Source: Gammaproteobacteria bacterium (GTDB taxonomy: Bacteria > Pseudomonadota > Gammaproteobacteria > CAJXQU01). From it: a stretch of 64,000 bases of DNA. Within the stretch, counting starts at the first letter, position 1. Each line of letters begins with the position of its first letter. The DNA is taken from assembly GCA_965238175.1 (NCBI GenBank), contig CBDEGZ010000003.1, positions 934,089-998,088 on the forward strand, read 5' to 3'. The position numbers were made by a program, and so were the translations under genes. The notes under the pieces were generated by a model. The model ran no database searches, was not told the origin of the DNA, and saw only the letters and a program-made list of their open reading frames with translations. Positions 1 through 9,449 of the stretch are shown piece by piece.

Positions 1-502
1 GTCTTCCACTGTCGTAGGGATCTTCGGCTTCGTCAATTTTAAATGCATTTATAAATTCAGCAGAAACATTATCCGCTTTGATGATCAGCTGACCTTGAAA
101 ATCTTTTAATGACTCCTTCATTTTTACAGTATCGGTAATTTCTTTTACAACTAAAACCCGTTTAACCCGATCATAATGCTTACCTATTGCTAAGCGTATT
201 TGACGCATGCGATAGACATTGCTGATACATTTTTCGTCACAGTCTGTCTTTGTGAAAGTTAACAGACTCCAGCGTTTGTGCAGCTTTATTTCTTCTTCAG
301 GCTTATGTGGGTCAAGTAAATCAACATTTTCGAGTGTTATCACTGGCTGGATCAATTGGCCCTTGCTTGCTGCGCCGCCATCACGTCCTAGATCGGTATA
401 TTTGTAGAGTATTTGTGATCCGATAAATGGCGTGAGGAAGATGACAAAGAGAAGGATCAGTGTCAGCCTGGATTTAAGTTTTTGCGATTTTTCAGTCGTC
501 AT
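1..502 (-). CDS. Partial CDS (3' end off window): membrane-anchored protein of the oxidase-assembly cluster, function unknown
   Basis: Manual reverse-complement translation from ATG (502-500) reads MTTEKSQKLKSRLTLILLFVIFLTPF... and stays open to position 1. The start overlaps the SURF1 3' end by 11 nt. It has one N-terminal TM helix and a CDEKC (CxxxC) motif. Confidence 0.5.
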   Translation of the reverse strand, partial: MTTEKSQKLKSRLTLILLFVIFLTPFIGSQILYKYTDLGRDGGAASKGQLIQPVITLENVDLLDPHKPEEEIKLHKRWSLLTFTKTDCDEKCISNVYRMRQIRLAIGKHYDRVKRVLVVKEITDTVKMKESLKDFQGQLIIKADNVSAEFINAFKIDEAEDPYDSGR

Positions 503-1262
503 TGCGTCCCTTTTTTATATTTATTGTAAGATAAATGATGATAAGTGCAGCGGTCATTGCAAACCATTGGAAGGCATAACCGTAATGTTTTTCAGCGCCA
601 AAACCGGGTAAGACCCAGTCTCGGAGATAACCTTGAGGACTTTCTTTGTCGAGTCTTACTATGTAGGGCAAGAGATTCTGTCCAGTGGTTGATGCCACAT
701 TTTTAATATCAATTTGTTGGACTCTTGAGATACCATTCTCCAGGTTTTCTACTAGATCGTCGCTGAGTTTAATACCCGAAAAAGGTGTTTTCTTGGCAGC
801 ACCTGAGATTGTGATCAGTTCAGTAGAAAGATCGTCAATTTTGGGCAGAATACGTCGATCGGGATCCGCCGGGATCCAACCTCGGTTGACCAAAATATGT
901 GTGGGCTCATTCTCAAGTTTAAACGGTGTAAATACGAGGTAACCTGTCTTGAAGTTCATCGGCTGATTATCAAGCAAAAACTGGTGCTCAGCCTCGAAAG
1001 TTCCACGGACGATGACTTTCTTCCATTGCATAAGAGTTGGATCGAGTCGATCTGAGGATTTTTCATTAAGATCAAAAGGCACACCGTAATAATTAGTTTC
1101 GAAATCTTTCTTTACTTGTTCTTTTTCTGCAGCTCTATCTAATTGCCAATTGCCCAATGAAAGTAACAGCGGAAGGCACAACAGTGTAGCGAGGCTGGGC
1201 CATAAAGATGGCTGAAAATTCCAGATTCCAATTTGCATTCTAATAGTGTGGCCGGCTACCAA
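492..1262 (-). CDS. surf1: SURF1 family cytochrome oxidase biogenesis protein
   Basis: 256-aa ORF with TM helices at both ends and a SURF1-like core (VNRGWIP, HYGYAFQWF). It is adjacent to the cox genes. Confidence 0.85.
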   Translation of the reverse strand: MVAGHTIRMQIGIWNFQPSLWPSLATLLCLPLLLSLGNWQLDRAAEKEQVKKDFETNYYGVPFDLNEKSSDRLDPTLMQWKKVIVRGTFEAEHQFLLDNQPMNFKTGYLVFTPFKLENEPTHILVNRGWIPADPDRRILPKIDDLSTELITISGAAKKTPFSGIKLSDDLVENLENGISRVQQIDIKNVASTTGQNLLPYIVRLDKESPQGYLRDWVLPGFGAEKHYGYAFQWFAMTAALIIIYLTINIKKGRNDD

Positions 1263-1336
1263 TTAAATGATCGTAATGTTATGGTCGCGATAATACCTCA
1301 AATTGAAACCAATGTGCTCTTGGAGCCCAATTAGAT

Positions 1337-1606
1337 ATGTCGATAAGCGAAATTTACAAACTTATTATTTTGATCGTTTTTATTGGCATATTGCTTTCTC
1401 TTGCTTCAAGTGCTTTCTTTTTAACTAAGGAACAAGGCAAGGCCAACAGGATGGTCCAGTCATTGACGGTGAGAGTTATACTCTCTGTGACACTTTTTTG
1501 TATGTTGATTTTTGGATATTTCACCGGTTTGCTTAAGCCACATGGTTTAATGTTACCAGCAAAAAAATCTCTGCAAGAGCATGTGCAAGATTACAACTCG
1601 CAATAA
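1337..1606 (+). CDS. Small twin-transmembrane-helix protein (DUF2909/HIG1-like) common in cox clusters
   Basis: 89-aa ORF with two hydrophobic helices, positioned between SURF1 and coxB. Confidence 0.55.
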   Translation: MSISEIYKLIILIVFIGILLSLASSAFFLTKEQGKANRMVQSLTVRVILSVTLFCMLIFGYFTGLLKPHGLMLPAKKSLQEHVQDYNSQ

Positions 1607-1719
1607 TACCTATTAGGTTCAACTAGAGACCTCTGGTTTTTGGTGAAATATGTTGAGAATAAATATCGAGAGATTAATTAGTTAGTAGAAGACAGAGGCT
1701 TTATTGCATATGTGCAATA

Positions 1720-1760
1720 TTAAACAAAGCAATTTCTTGCTTTGTTTAATCTACTTTTTT
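1720..1760 (+). terminator. Rho-independent terminator-like hairpin
   Basis: 13-bp perfect stem ttaaacaaagcaa/ttgctttgtttaa with loop tttc, followed by tctactttttt. It lies downstream of the 89-aa ORF. Confidence 0.6.
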
Positions 1761-1918
1761 AGGTAGTATTGCGTTCTTACAATAATAACCACGTTAATCA
1801 AGTGGTAATGTTTAAAGATGGCAAATTGTCGAGGGGCATAGTTGTTGTTGAATATCACATATAAAATCAATAATTCAAGAATTCATATATTAAATAATCT
1901 GGTGTTGAGGGAAGTTTT

Positions 1919-3073
1919 ATGACTAAGCCGCTAATTTCTATGCTGCGAACTTTTTATCTGATCGTTGTTTCATCATTAACTTCCATGCTTTTAGTAAGTC
2001 CTGCTCGGGCTGACTGGGCACTGAATCTGACTCAAGGTGTTACACCTATTAGTCATCAGGTTTATGACCTGCATATGCAAATTTTATGGATAGTGACCAT
2101 TGTCGGCATTGTTGTTTTTGCAGTGATGTTCTGGTCAATATTCATGCACCGTAAGGATAAGGGTGTCGTTCCTGCAACATTCCATCACAGCACATCATTG
2201 GAGCTGTTGTGGACTGCCATTCCTATCGCTATTTTGGTTGTCATCGCAATACCTGCAACCAAAACATTAATTGCAATGGAAACTACAGCTGATGCTGATA
2301 TCACGATTAAAGTGACAGGCTATCAATGGAAGTGGAAATATGACTATATGGGAGAGGATCTGAGTTTCTTCAGCTCATTAGATGCGGAGAGTCGTGCTAT
2401 TGCAGACAATAATAGTGATAACGCTCCAGAAGATATCGAGCATTATCTACTAGACGTTGATAACCCAATTGTTTTACCAATCAAAACGAAAATCAGGATT
2501 CTTACAACCGCTGCTGATGTAATACATGCATGGTGGGTGCCGGCTTTAGGTTGGAAACGTGATGCTATTCCAGGATTTATAAATGATAACTGGACATATA
2601 TTGAAGAGCCTGGTGTATATCGAGGACAGTGTGCAGAATTGTGTGGTAAAGATCACGGATATATGCCGATTGTTGTCAGGGCAGTGCCTGAAGCGGAATA
2701 CGATGCCTGGATTACAGAAACGAAGCAGAAAATAGCCAAAGCATCTTCTGGCGCAGATCGAGAGTGGACGATGGACGAGTTAATGGCCAGAGGTGAAGAA
2801 GTTTATGGAGCGAATTGCGCTGCTTGTCACCAGGCTAATGGTAAGGGCCTTCCGGGTGCATTTCCTGCGATAGATGGAAGTGCCATCGCAATAGGCGCTG
2901 TGGCGGATCACATTGATATTGTTATGAATGGTAAAGCTGGTACAGCAATGGCGGCTTATGGCCCGCAATTGAATGATATAGATATTGCCGCAGTTGTGAC
3001 CTACGAAAGAAATGCATGGGGCAATAAGGCAGGTGATCTGGTACAGCCTTCGGCAATTAAAGATGCTCGGTAG
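1919..3073 (+). CDS. coxB: Cytochrome c oxidase subunit II with fused C-terminal cytochrome c domain
   Basis: CuA motif CAELCGKDHGYM, C-terminal heme-c motif CAACH, and two N-terminal TM helices. Confidence 0.95.
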   Translation: MTKPLISMLRTFYLIVVSSLTSMLLVSPARADWALNLTQGVTPISHQVYDLHMQILWIVTIVGIVVFAVMFWSIFMHRKDKGVVPATFHHSTSLELLWTAIPIAILVVIAIPATKTLIAMETTADADITIKVTGYQWKWKYDYMGEDLSFFSSLDAESRAIADNNSDNAPEDIEHYLLDVDNPIVLPIKTKIRILTTAADVIHAWWVPALGWKRDAIPGFINDNWTYIEEPGVYRGQCAELCGKDHGYMPIVVRAVPEAEYDAWITETKQKIAKASSGADREWTMDELMARGEEVYGANCAACHQANGKGLPGAFPAIDGSAIAIGAVADHIDIVMNGKAGTAMAAYGPQLNDIDIAAVVTYERNAWGNKAGDLVQPSAIKDAR

Positions 3074-3136
3074 CTAGTAAATAACTTAAGGTCTGAAAGT
3101 TACTAATAGTAAAAAATTTATTTAGAGGATATAACG

Positions 3137-4732
3137 ATGAGTGAAGCAGTAGCCCACCACGACGATCATCATGATCATAAACCAACAGGTATTGGTCGTT
3201 GGTTGTTTTCTACAAATCATAAAGATATAGGTACTATGTACCTGTTGTTTGCACTACTGATGTTTTTTATTGGTGGTGCGATGGCAATGGTTATCCGTGC
3301 TGAGCTTTTCCAGCCCGGTCTTCAGTTTGTTAATCCTCAATTTTTTAACTCAATGACCACAATTCATGCTCTGGTAATGATATTTGGTGCGGTTATGCCA
3401 GCGGGTGTTGGTTTAGCAAACTGGTTGATCCCTCTGATGATTGGTGCACCTGACATGGCGCTTCCAAGGATGAACAATATGAGTTTTTGGATACTGCCTT
3501 TTGGTTTTACTCTATTGCTGTCAACCTTCTTCATGGATGGTGGTGCTCCTGCAGGTGGTTGGACAATGTATCCTCCATTAGTTTTGCAAACAGGTAACGC
3601 GTTTCCATTTTTGATCTTTACTGTTCATATTCTTGGTGTCTCATCAATCATGGGGGCAATTAATATTATTGCTACGGTGTTCAATATGCGTGCGCCTGGC
3701 ATGACATTTATGAGATTGCCTCTTTTTGTCTGGACTTGGATCATTACAGCATTTTTGTTAATTGCTTCTTTACCAGTATTTGCTGGGGCAGTTACCATGC
3801 TGTTGACCGATAAATATTTTGGTACAAGTTTCTTTGCTGCTGCCGGTGGTGGTGATCCGGTAATGTTCCAGCATTTATTCTGGTTCTTCGGTCATCCAGA
3901 AGTATATATTTTGATATTGCCAGCATTCGGTATTGTGTCACAGATCATTCCAACGTTTGCACGTAAACCATTATTTGGATACGCATCAATGGTTTATGCA
4001 ACGGCAGCCATTGCATTTTTATCATTTTTTGTTTGGGCACATCACATGTTTACAGTCGGCATGCCACTTGCTGGTGAGTTGTTCTTTATGTATGCAACCA
4101 TGACGATAGCGGTGCCGACAGGCGTGAAGATATTTAACTGGGTGGCGACGATGTGGAGAGGGTCGATGACCTTTGAAACACCGATGTTGTTCTCTCTAGC
4201 CTTTGTTATTCTTTTCTCTATAGGTGGCTTTACGGGCTTGATGATGTCGGTTACACCCGTTGATTTTCAATACCATGACACCTATTTTATTGTAGCCCAT
4301 TTCCATTATGTTCTAGTAACCGGTGCTGTTTTTGCGCTGATGGCAGCTGCGTATTACTGGTTACCTAAATGGACTGGTTATATGTACGACGAAAAGTTAG
4401 GGAAACTACATTTCTGGATTTCTACGATAACGGTAAATATCTTATTTTTCCCACAGCATTTCTTGGGATTAGCAGGTATGCCTAGACGAATTCCAGACTA
4501 TGCAGTTCAGTTTGCTGATTGGAACATGGTGTCTAGTCTTGGTGGGTTTGCTTTCGGTCTGAGCCAATTGATATTTGTTGTGGTTGTATTCAAATGTATT
4601 CGTGGTGGTGAGAAAGCAACGGATCAAGTATGGGAAGGAGCTCATGGATTGGAGTGGACATTATCTTCACCACCACCTTTCCATTCGTTTACTGTACCTC
4701 CTAAGGTTACAGAAGAAACGGCTCATTCATAA
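3137..4732 (+). CDS. coxA: Cytochrome c oxidase subunit I (A-type)
   Basis: Canonical WFFGHPEVY, WAHHMF and AHFHYV motifs; 12-TM-type sequence. Confidence 0.97.
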   Translation: MSEAVAHHDDHHDHKPTGIGRWLFSTNHKDIGTMYLLFALLMFFIGGAMAMVIRAELFQPGLQFVNPQFFNSMTTIHALVMIFGAVMPAGVGLANWLIPLMIGAPDMALPRMNNMSFWILPFGFTLLLSTFFMDGGAPAGGWTMYPPLVLQTGNAFPFLIFTVHILGVSSIMGAINIIATVFNMRAPGMTFMRLPLFVWTWIITAFLLIASLPVFAGAVTMLLTDKYFGTSFFAAAGGGDPVMFQHLFWFFGHPEVYILILPAFGIVSQIIPTFARKPLFGYASMVYATAAIAFLSFFVWAHHMFTVGMPLAGELFFMYATMTIAVPTGVKIFNWVATMWRGSMTFETPMLFSLAFVILFSIGGFTGLMMSVTPVDFQYHDTYFIVAHFHYVLVTGAVFALMAAAYYWLPKWTGYMYDEKLGKLHFWISTITVNILFFPQHFLGLAGMPRRIPDYAVQFADWNMVSSLGGFAFGLSQLIFVVVVFKCIRGGEKATDQVWEGAHGLEWTLSSPPPFHSFTVPPKVTEETAHS

Positions 4733-4743
4733 GAGAACTTCTA

Positions 4744-4878
4744 ATGACTGATCAAGATCAAAATTATAGTAAAAAAGATATGGCAGCGCGTAGCGCTGCC
4801 ACTAATCGTACTGTCGGTTTTTTAGTTTTACTTGTTGTTAGTATTTACGGTGGTTACATTTTTTATCACTATATGTGA
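4744..4878 (+). CDS. Small single-TM protein (44 aa) between coxA and ctaG
   Basis: Manual ORF MTDQDQNYSKKDMAARSAATNRTVGFLVLLVVSIYGGYIFYHYM. Its stop overlaps the GTG start of the ctaG ORF. It is below the ORF-track size cutoff. Confidence 0.35.
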   Translation: MTDQDQNYSKKDMAARSAATNRTVGFLVLLVVSIYGGYIFYHYM

Positions 4879-5444
4879 TTCACAGAGAAGGGCATATTTT
4901 GAAAAAGGAAGGAATCAAATTAACGACGAAGAGATTGTATCTGCTTGCTATCTTTATGTTTGGCTTTGGTTTTGCATTGGTTCCTATATATAACGTTTTT
5001 TGTGAAGTCACCGGTTTAAATGGGAAAACTGGAGAGCTCGCTGTTAGCGAAACTGAAGCACTTGTTGTGGATGAAGATAGATTGGTGACTGTTGAGTTTG
5101 ATACTAATTTAAACGAAGAGTTGCCTTGGAGTTTTACTGCAAAAGAATACAAAATGAAAGTGCATCCAGGTCAGGTTTCTGATGCAATTTTTGTGGTTAA
5201 GAACAAGACTAGTCGGTCAATAATTGGTCAAGCAATACCAAGTGTGGCACCAGCACAAGCATCTCTATTTTTTAACAAAACAGAATGTTTTTGTTTTACA
5301 CGACAAACTTTACAAGCACATGAAGAGCGTGAAATGTTAGTGCGGTTTGTCGTTGATACAAAATTGCCCGAAAAAATAGAAACAATGACGCTTTCTTATA
5401 CATTCTTTTTAGCCACGGATGAAAATGAAATTACAAAACTCTGA
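4875..5444 (+). CDS. ctaG: Cytochrome c oxidase assembly protein CtaG/Cox11
   Basis: Cox11 hallmarks FALVPIYNVFCEVTGLNG and CFCF. The start codon is uncertain (GTG at 4875). Confidence 0.9.
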   Translation: MIHREGHILKKEGIKLTTKRLYLLAIFMFGFGFALVPIYNVFCEVTGLNGKTGELAVSETEALVVDEDRLVTVEFDTNLNEELPWSFTAKEYKMKVHPGQVSDAIFVVKNKTSRSIIGQAIPSVAPAQASLFFNKTECFCFTRQTLQAHEEREMLVRFVVDTKLPEKIETMTLSYTFFLATDENEITKL

Positions 5445-5514
5445 ATGATTGAAGTTTGATGAAGCAGTTTATTAAGTAGAAATTAAAAAGAAGTAATAAT
5501 ATAGAGGAAAAATT

Positions 5515-6399
5515 ATGTCTGATTCTGAAACTTATTTTATTCCAGAACCAAGCGCTTGGCCGATAGTTGGTTCGGCTGCTCTGTTCATTGCCTTTGTTGG
5601 TGGTGCATTGTTTCTGAATGGGTCAATGCCAATGTTCGGATCATTTGTTCTTGGACTAGGTATTGCAGCCATTATTTATATGTACTTTGGTTGGTTTTCA
5701 GACGTTATCGATGAGAGCTTGGCAGGAAAATACAGTAGCCAGGTGGATATTAGTTTCCGGTGGGGGATGGCCTGGTTCATATTCTCAGAAGTAATGTTCT
5801 TCGCGGCCTTTTTTGGCGCCCTTTATTATGCCCGAGTTTTATCAGTTCCATGGCTTGGGGGGGAAGGAGCGGGTCTTCTGACTAACCAGGTTTTATGGCC
5901 TGATTTTGCACCTGAATGGCCAATTGATGTTGTTCCAGATTTTGCTCAGTTTACAGCCCACATATATGACGAAGTTATTCATGCGTGGGGTGTACCTGCA
6001 ATTAACACGGCGATACTTCTTTTAAGTGGTGTGACAGTTACCTTTGCTCACTGGGCTCTTAAAAAAGATAATCAGAAAGGTCTGGTTACTTGGTTATTGA
6101 TTACCGTGTTACTTGGTGTCCTTTTTGTATACCTACAAGCTCTTGAATATCATGAAGCGTACAGCGTATTAAATCTTAAAATGTCTTCAGGTATTTATGG
6201 TTCGACTTTCTTTATGTTAACTGGCTTCCATGGTTTTCACGTAACAATGGGTACATTGATGCTAGCTGTGATCATGTTCAGAGCAATGAAAGGACATTTC
6301 ACACATGAAAATCATTTTGCTTTTGAAGCAGTTGCCTGGTATTGGCATTTTGTAGATGTGGTTTGGTTAGGATTGTTTATTTTTGTTTATTGGTTGTAA
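5515..6399 (+). CDS. coxC: Cytochrome c oxidase subunit III
   Basis: 7-TM protein with subunit III motifs (GFHGFHV, WYWHFVDVVWL). Confidence 0.95.
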   Translation: MSDSETYFIPEPSAWPIVGSAALFIAFVGGALFLNGSMPMFGSFVLGLGIAAIIYMYFGWFSDVIDESLAGKYSSQVDISFRWGMAWFIFSEVMFFAAFFGALYYARVLSVPWLGGEGAGLLTNQVLWPDFAPEWPIDVVPDFAQFTAHIYDEVIHAWGVPAINTAILLLSGVTVTFAHWALKKDNQKGLVTWLLITVLLGVLFVYLQALEYHEAYSVLNLKMSSGIYGSTFFMLTGFHGFHVTMGTLMLAVIMFRAMKGHFTHENHFAFEAVAWYWHFVDVVWLGLFIFVYWL

Positions 6400-6426
6400 G
6401 AAACCAGATCAAAGATTGAATAAAAA

Positions 6427-6449
6427 AGCGCCTATATGGCGCTTTTTTT
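6427..6449 (+). terminator. Rho-independent terminator of the cox operon
   Basis: agcgcc-tatat-ggcgct stem-loop followed by a T7 run, 28 nt after the coxC stop. Confidence 0.8.
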
Positions 6450-6574
6450 GTGTTGAATTAAGCCGTAGGTAGAAAAGTAATTTTTTATTGACTGCGTCCT
6501 GATCTACAAATTTACTAAACTTGTATTAGTAAAAATTAATATAGACATAAATTACTGCGTTTGGAGGTGTTCAA

Positions 6575-6679
6575 ATGTGGTTTGTCATATTTCATGTCTT
6601 AGCAATTTTAGTATTGATCAGACATTTTAGTGGTTTGTTGTTTGGAATTTTAGTTTTTGTCGCTGCGATATTTTTATGA
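6575..6679 (+). CDS. Possible 34-aa hydrophobic peptide
   Basis: GGAGG lies 7 nt upstream of the ATG. Sequence MWFVIFHVLAILVLIRHFSGLLFGILVFVAAIFL. No family recognised. Confidence 0.3.
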   Translation: MWFVIFHVLAILVLIRHFSGLLFGILVFVAAIFL

Positions 6680-6836
6680 TTCAAAAAGAAGGGGTGGGTT
6701 GCCATCCGTAGCAAGATGACTTCCTGTCAAAGGCCATCCTTAGGAGCCTGCATCCTGCTGCCACGCCCACCTGAATACAGTAACGGCAGGCGTGACAATA
6801 ACTTTAAGAATGAAATGACTCGATTTTATTTTTGAG

Positions 6837-7385
6837 CTAAATTTTGCCGTCTAGACCCATTTGATAATACTTGTGAGTAAGAGAGTCCTGATTTTCCAAT
6901 AACCAGTCAATAGATGGTTCATTATTCATAGCTTTGTGTATGGCTTGTGTGGTGGCTTTACGATGTATATCAAATAAGATTTTATGATCTAGATTGTCAT
7001 CGGTCGCAACAGAAGGGTTTAACCATACTGATACGATGATTCCAAGATCATTTGCTTTTTCTTTAGGTATATCCCCTGCGCGTACGGCATCTAAAACACC
7101 ATTCGCAATTGCACCTTGGACAGTTCCCATCAGGATATTTGTATAACGGCTATTATTCACTGTGACTTTACTAACCATTAAAGTGACGGGCCGCACTTGT
7201 ATATCTGTGTTCATAATCGCAAAAACTCGCGAATGTCCTTTTACTTGATCGCCGGTCAAAGTAGCAAGTGCTGTCCCTACTGGGCCATCTAGCTCACCAA
7301 TAATAATTTCTGGTTCCGCTGCTGTGCCGGGAGGGCCACCTGCTACCAATGCCTCACCGGTACGCATAATAATTCTTTCACTCAT
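6837..7385 (-). CDS. fae: Formaldehyde-activating enzyme (Fae) family protein
   Basis: 182 aa. The overall pattern (GEALVG.G....H/E.IIG, VNN...Q.A...GVLDAV..G.IPK, IIVSVW) matches my recollection of Fae/Fae-like proteins. Confidence 0.75.
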   Translation of the reverse strand: MSERIIMRTGEALVAGGPPGTAAEPEIIIGELDGPVGTALATLTGDQVKGHSRVFAIMNTDIQVRPVTLMVSKVTVNNSRYTNILMGTVQGAIANGVLDAVRAGDIPKEKANDLGIIVSVWLNPSVATDDNLDHKILFDIHRKATTQAIHKAMNNEPSIDWLLENQDSLTHKYYQMGLDGKI

Positions 7386-7539
7386 ATGTTTTCTCCTAAA
7401 ATCAGCGATGGTATCAGACAGTGAAGATTTTTTGTATTAAATAGTGAAGGTGACAATGAAACTATTAAGAATTGGGCGCTAAGAGAAAAAACGTTTTGTA
7501 GTTTAAGAAAAAAGCATACTACGAGATTTTGAAATTATT

Positions 7540-8061
7540 TTAAGGTAGTAATTTCGGCTTCATATAGTCTACTATTTGCCAAGCTCCTGATTGTGTAGAA
7601 CTAGTGACATCGATCAATTTTAGCACTGTTATCGCGGCCGTAGGCATCAGGTTTCCAGTTGCTTGTTTGGGGATTTGATTCCCACTGAGATATAAAATTA
7701 ATTCACTCAGACCTGGGTTATGACCGACGAGCATATTGATTTTATTTTGCTCTAGATCGCCAGTTATGATGGCTAATAACTGTGTAAGTTTTGCATTGTA
7801 AATGGAATGCTCCCATTGAATATTCTCTTGTGATAACGGCCAAGATTTTCCTACTAAATTAATTGTCTCTTTAACACGTTGAGCGGGTGAACAGATAACA
7901 CGATCCGGCGTATAATTTTGATCAATTATCCATTTGCCGATAAGAGGAGCATCTTTGTATCCGCGATCAGATAAAACGCGATCGAAATCAGGTTGATCAC
8001 TGATATTCCAATCAGATTTTGCGTGGCGCATAATGAGAAGCATTGTTGAATTCATAAGCAA
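7540..8061 (-). CDS. sixA: Histidine phosphatase family protein, SixA-like
   Basis: N-terminal LLIMRHAKS (RHG-type catalytic motif) and later VGHNPG. The true start is probably an internal ATG (8055 or 8043). Confidence 0.7.
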   Translation of the reverse strand: MLMNSTMLLIMRHAKSDWNISDQPDFDRVLSDRGYKDAPLIGKWIIDQNYTPDRVICSPAQRVKETINLVGKSWPLSQENIQWEHSIYNAKLTQLLAIITGDLEQNKINMLVGHNPGLSELILYLSGNQIPKQATGNLMPTAAITVLKLIDVTSSTQSGAWQIVDYMKPKLLP

Positions 8062-8174
8062 AGGTTATCACAGAAAAAAGCATTGGTAATCTGTAGAGTT
8101 GATACTGACAGACTAATTCAAAAGCCACTACTATATTAACTAAGTACTATGATAATAAAAGTTTGGAGATAAAC

Positions 8175-9449
8175 ATGAAGATTGAAACACTTGCAATACA
8201 TGCCGGATATGAACCGGACCCAACAACAAAAGCAGTCGCTGTACCGATTTATCAAACTACATCCTACGCATTCGATAACACTCAGCATGGGGCGGATCTT
8301 TTTGATCTAAAAGTTGAGGGTAATATCTATACCCGAATAATGAATCCAACAACTGCGGTTTTGGAGCAGCGCGTAGCAGCAATGGAAGGTGGTATAGGTG
8401 GGCTCGGATTAAGCTCTGGTATGTCAGCGATCACATATTCGATTATGACACTTGCGCAGGGTGGATCTAATATTATTAGTACGTCTACACTTTACGGCGG
8501 AACATACAATTTATTTGCTCATACATTGCCGCAATATGGAATTGATGTTCGTTTTGCAGCTTCTTCTGATCTGGACAAAATGGCTTCCTTAATCGATGAA
8601 AATACCAGAGCAATCTTCTGCGAATCTATTGGGAATCCAGCAGGGAATGTCGTTGATATCGAAGCGATTTCCGAAATGGCTCACAGTCATGGTATTCCAG
8701 TTATTGTTGATAATACAGTTCCTACGCCGTATTTATGTCAACCGATTAATTGGGGTTGCGATATTATCGTGCACTCTCTGACAAAATATATGGGTGGTCA
8801 TGGAACCAGCATTGGTGGTGTATTAGTAGATTCAGGTAAATTTGATTGGTCGGCAAACAAAGAACGGTTTGCATGCCTGAATGAACCTGATCCTTCCTAT
8901 CATGGTGTGGTCTATACAGAAGCATTAGGACCAGCGGCATATATAGGTCGAGCGCGTGTGGTGCCACTGCGTAATATGGGAGCAGCAATTTCACCAATGA
9001 ACAGCTTCCAGATCCTTCAAGGTATCGAAACGCTACCTGTAAGAATGGATAGACATTGTGAAAATGCACTCGCGGCGGCAAAATATTTGCGTGATCTGCC
9101 ACAAGTTGAATGGGTGAACTATTCTGGTTTGGATGATCATCCAGATCATGAGTTGGTTCAAAAATATATGGGTGGCCGGGCTGCCGGTCTTTTGTGTTTT
9201 GGAATTAAAGGCGGCAAAGAAGCAGGTGCAAAATTTATTGATGCACTGAAATTGATCACACGACTGGTTAATATTGGTGATGCAAAATCCTTAGCTTGTC
9301 ATCCTGCCAGCACAACTCATAGACAATTATCAGAAGACGAATTAGCAACCGCTGGCGTTAGTGAAGATTTGGTTAGACTTTCTATTGGTATAGAACATAT
9401 TGACGATATTATTGAGGATATTGAGCAGGCCCTAGCTGCAGCAAAATAA
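8175..9449 (+). CDS. metY: O-acetylhomoserine aminocarboxypropyltransferase (sulfhydrylase)
   Basis: MKIETLAIHAGYEPDPTT..PIYQTTSY and PLP-lysine motif HSLTKYMGGHG. The ORF-track start at 8163 is TTG; the ATG at 8175 is preferred. Confidence 0.9.
   Translation: MKIETLAIHAGYEPDPTTKAVAVPIYQTTSYAFDNTQHGADLFDLKVEGNIYTRIMNPTTAVLEQRVAAMEGGIGGLGLSSGMSAITYSIMTLAQGGSNIISTSTLYGGTYNLFAHTLPQYGIDVRFAASSDLDKMASLIDENTRAIFCESIGNPAGNVVDIEAISEMAHSHGIPVIVDNTVPTPYLCQPINWGCDIIVHSLTKYMGGHGTSIGGVLVDSGKFDWSANKERFACLNEPDPSYHGVVYTEALGPAAYIGRARVVPLRNMGAAISPMNSFQILQGIETLPVRMDRHCENALAAAKYLRDLPQVEWVNYSGLDDHPDHELVQKYMGGRAAGLLCFGIKGGKEAGAKFIDALKLITRLVNIGDAKSLACHPASTTHRQLSEDELATAGVSEDLVRLSIGIEHIDDIIEDIEQALAAAK

Noticed and set aside
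219-407. 62-aa plus-strand ORF near the left edge
   Set aside because: It is antisense to a longer, contextually sensible minus-strand frame that is coupled to SURF1.
1703-1718. Palindrome attgca-tatg-tgcaat upstream of coxB
   Set aside because: It is a perfect 6-bp dyad, but it sits in AT-rich DNA where such dyads arise by chance, and I cannot assign a regulator consensus.
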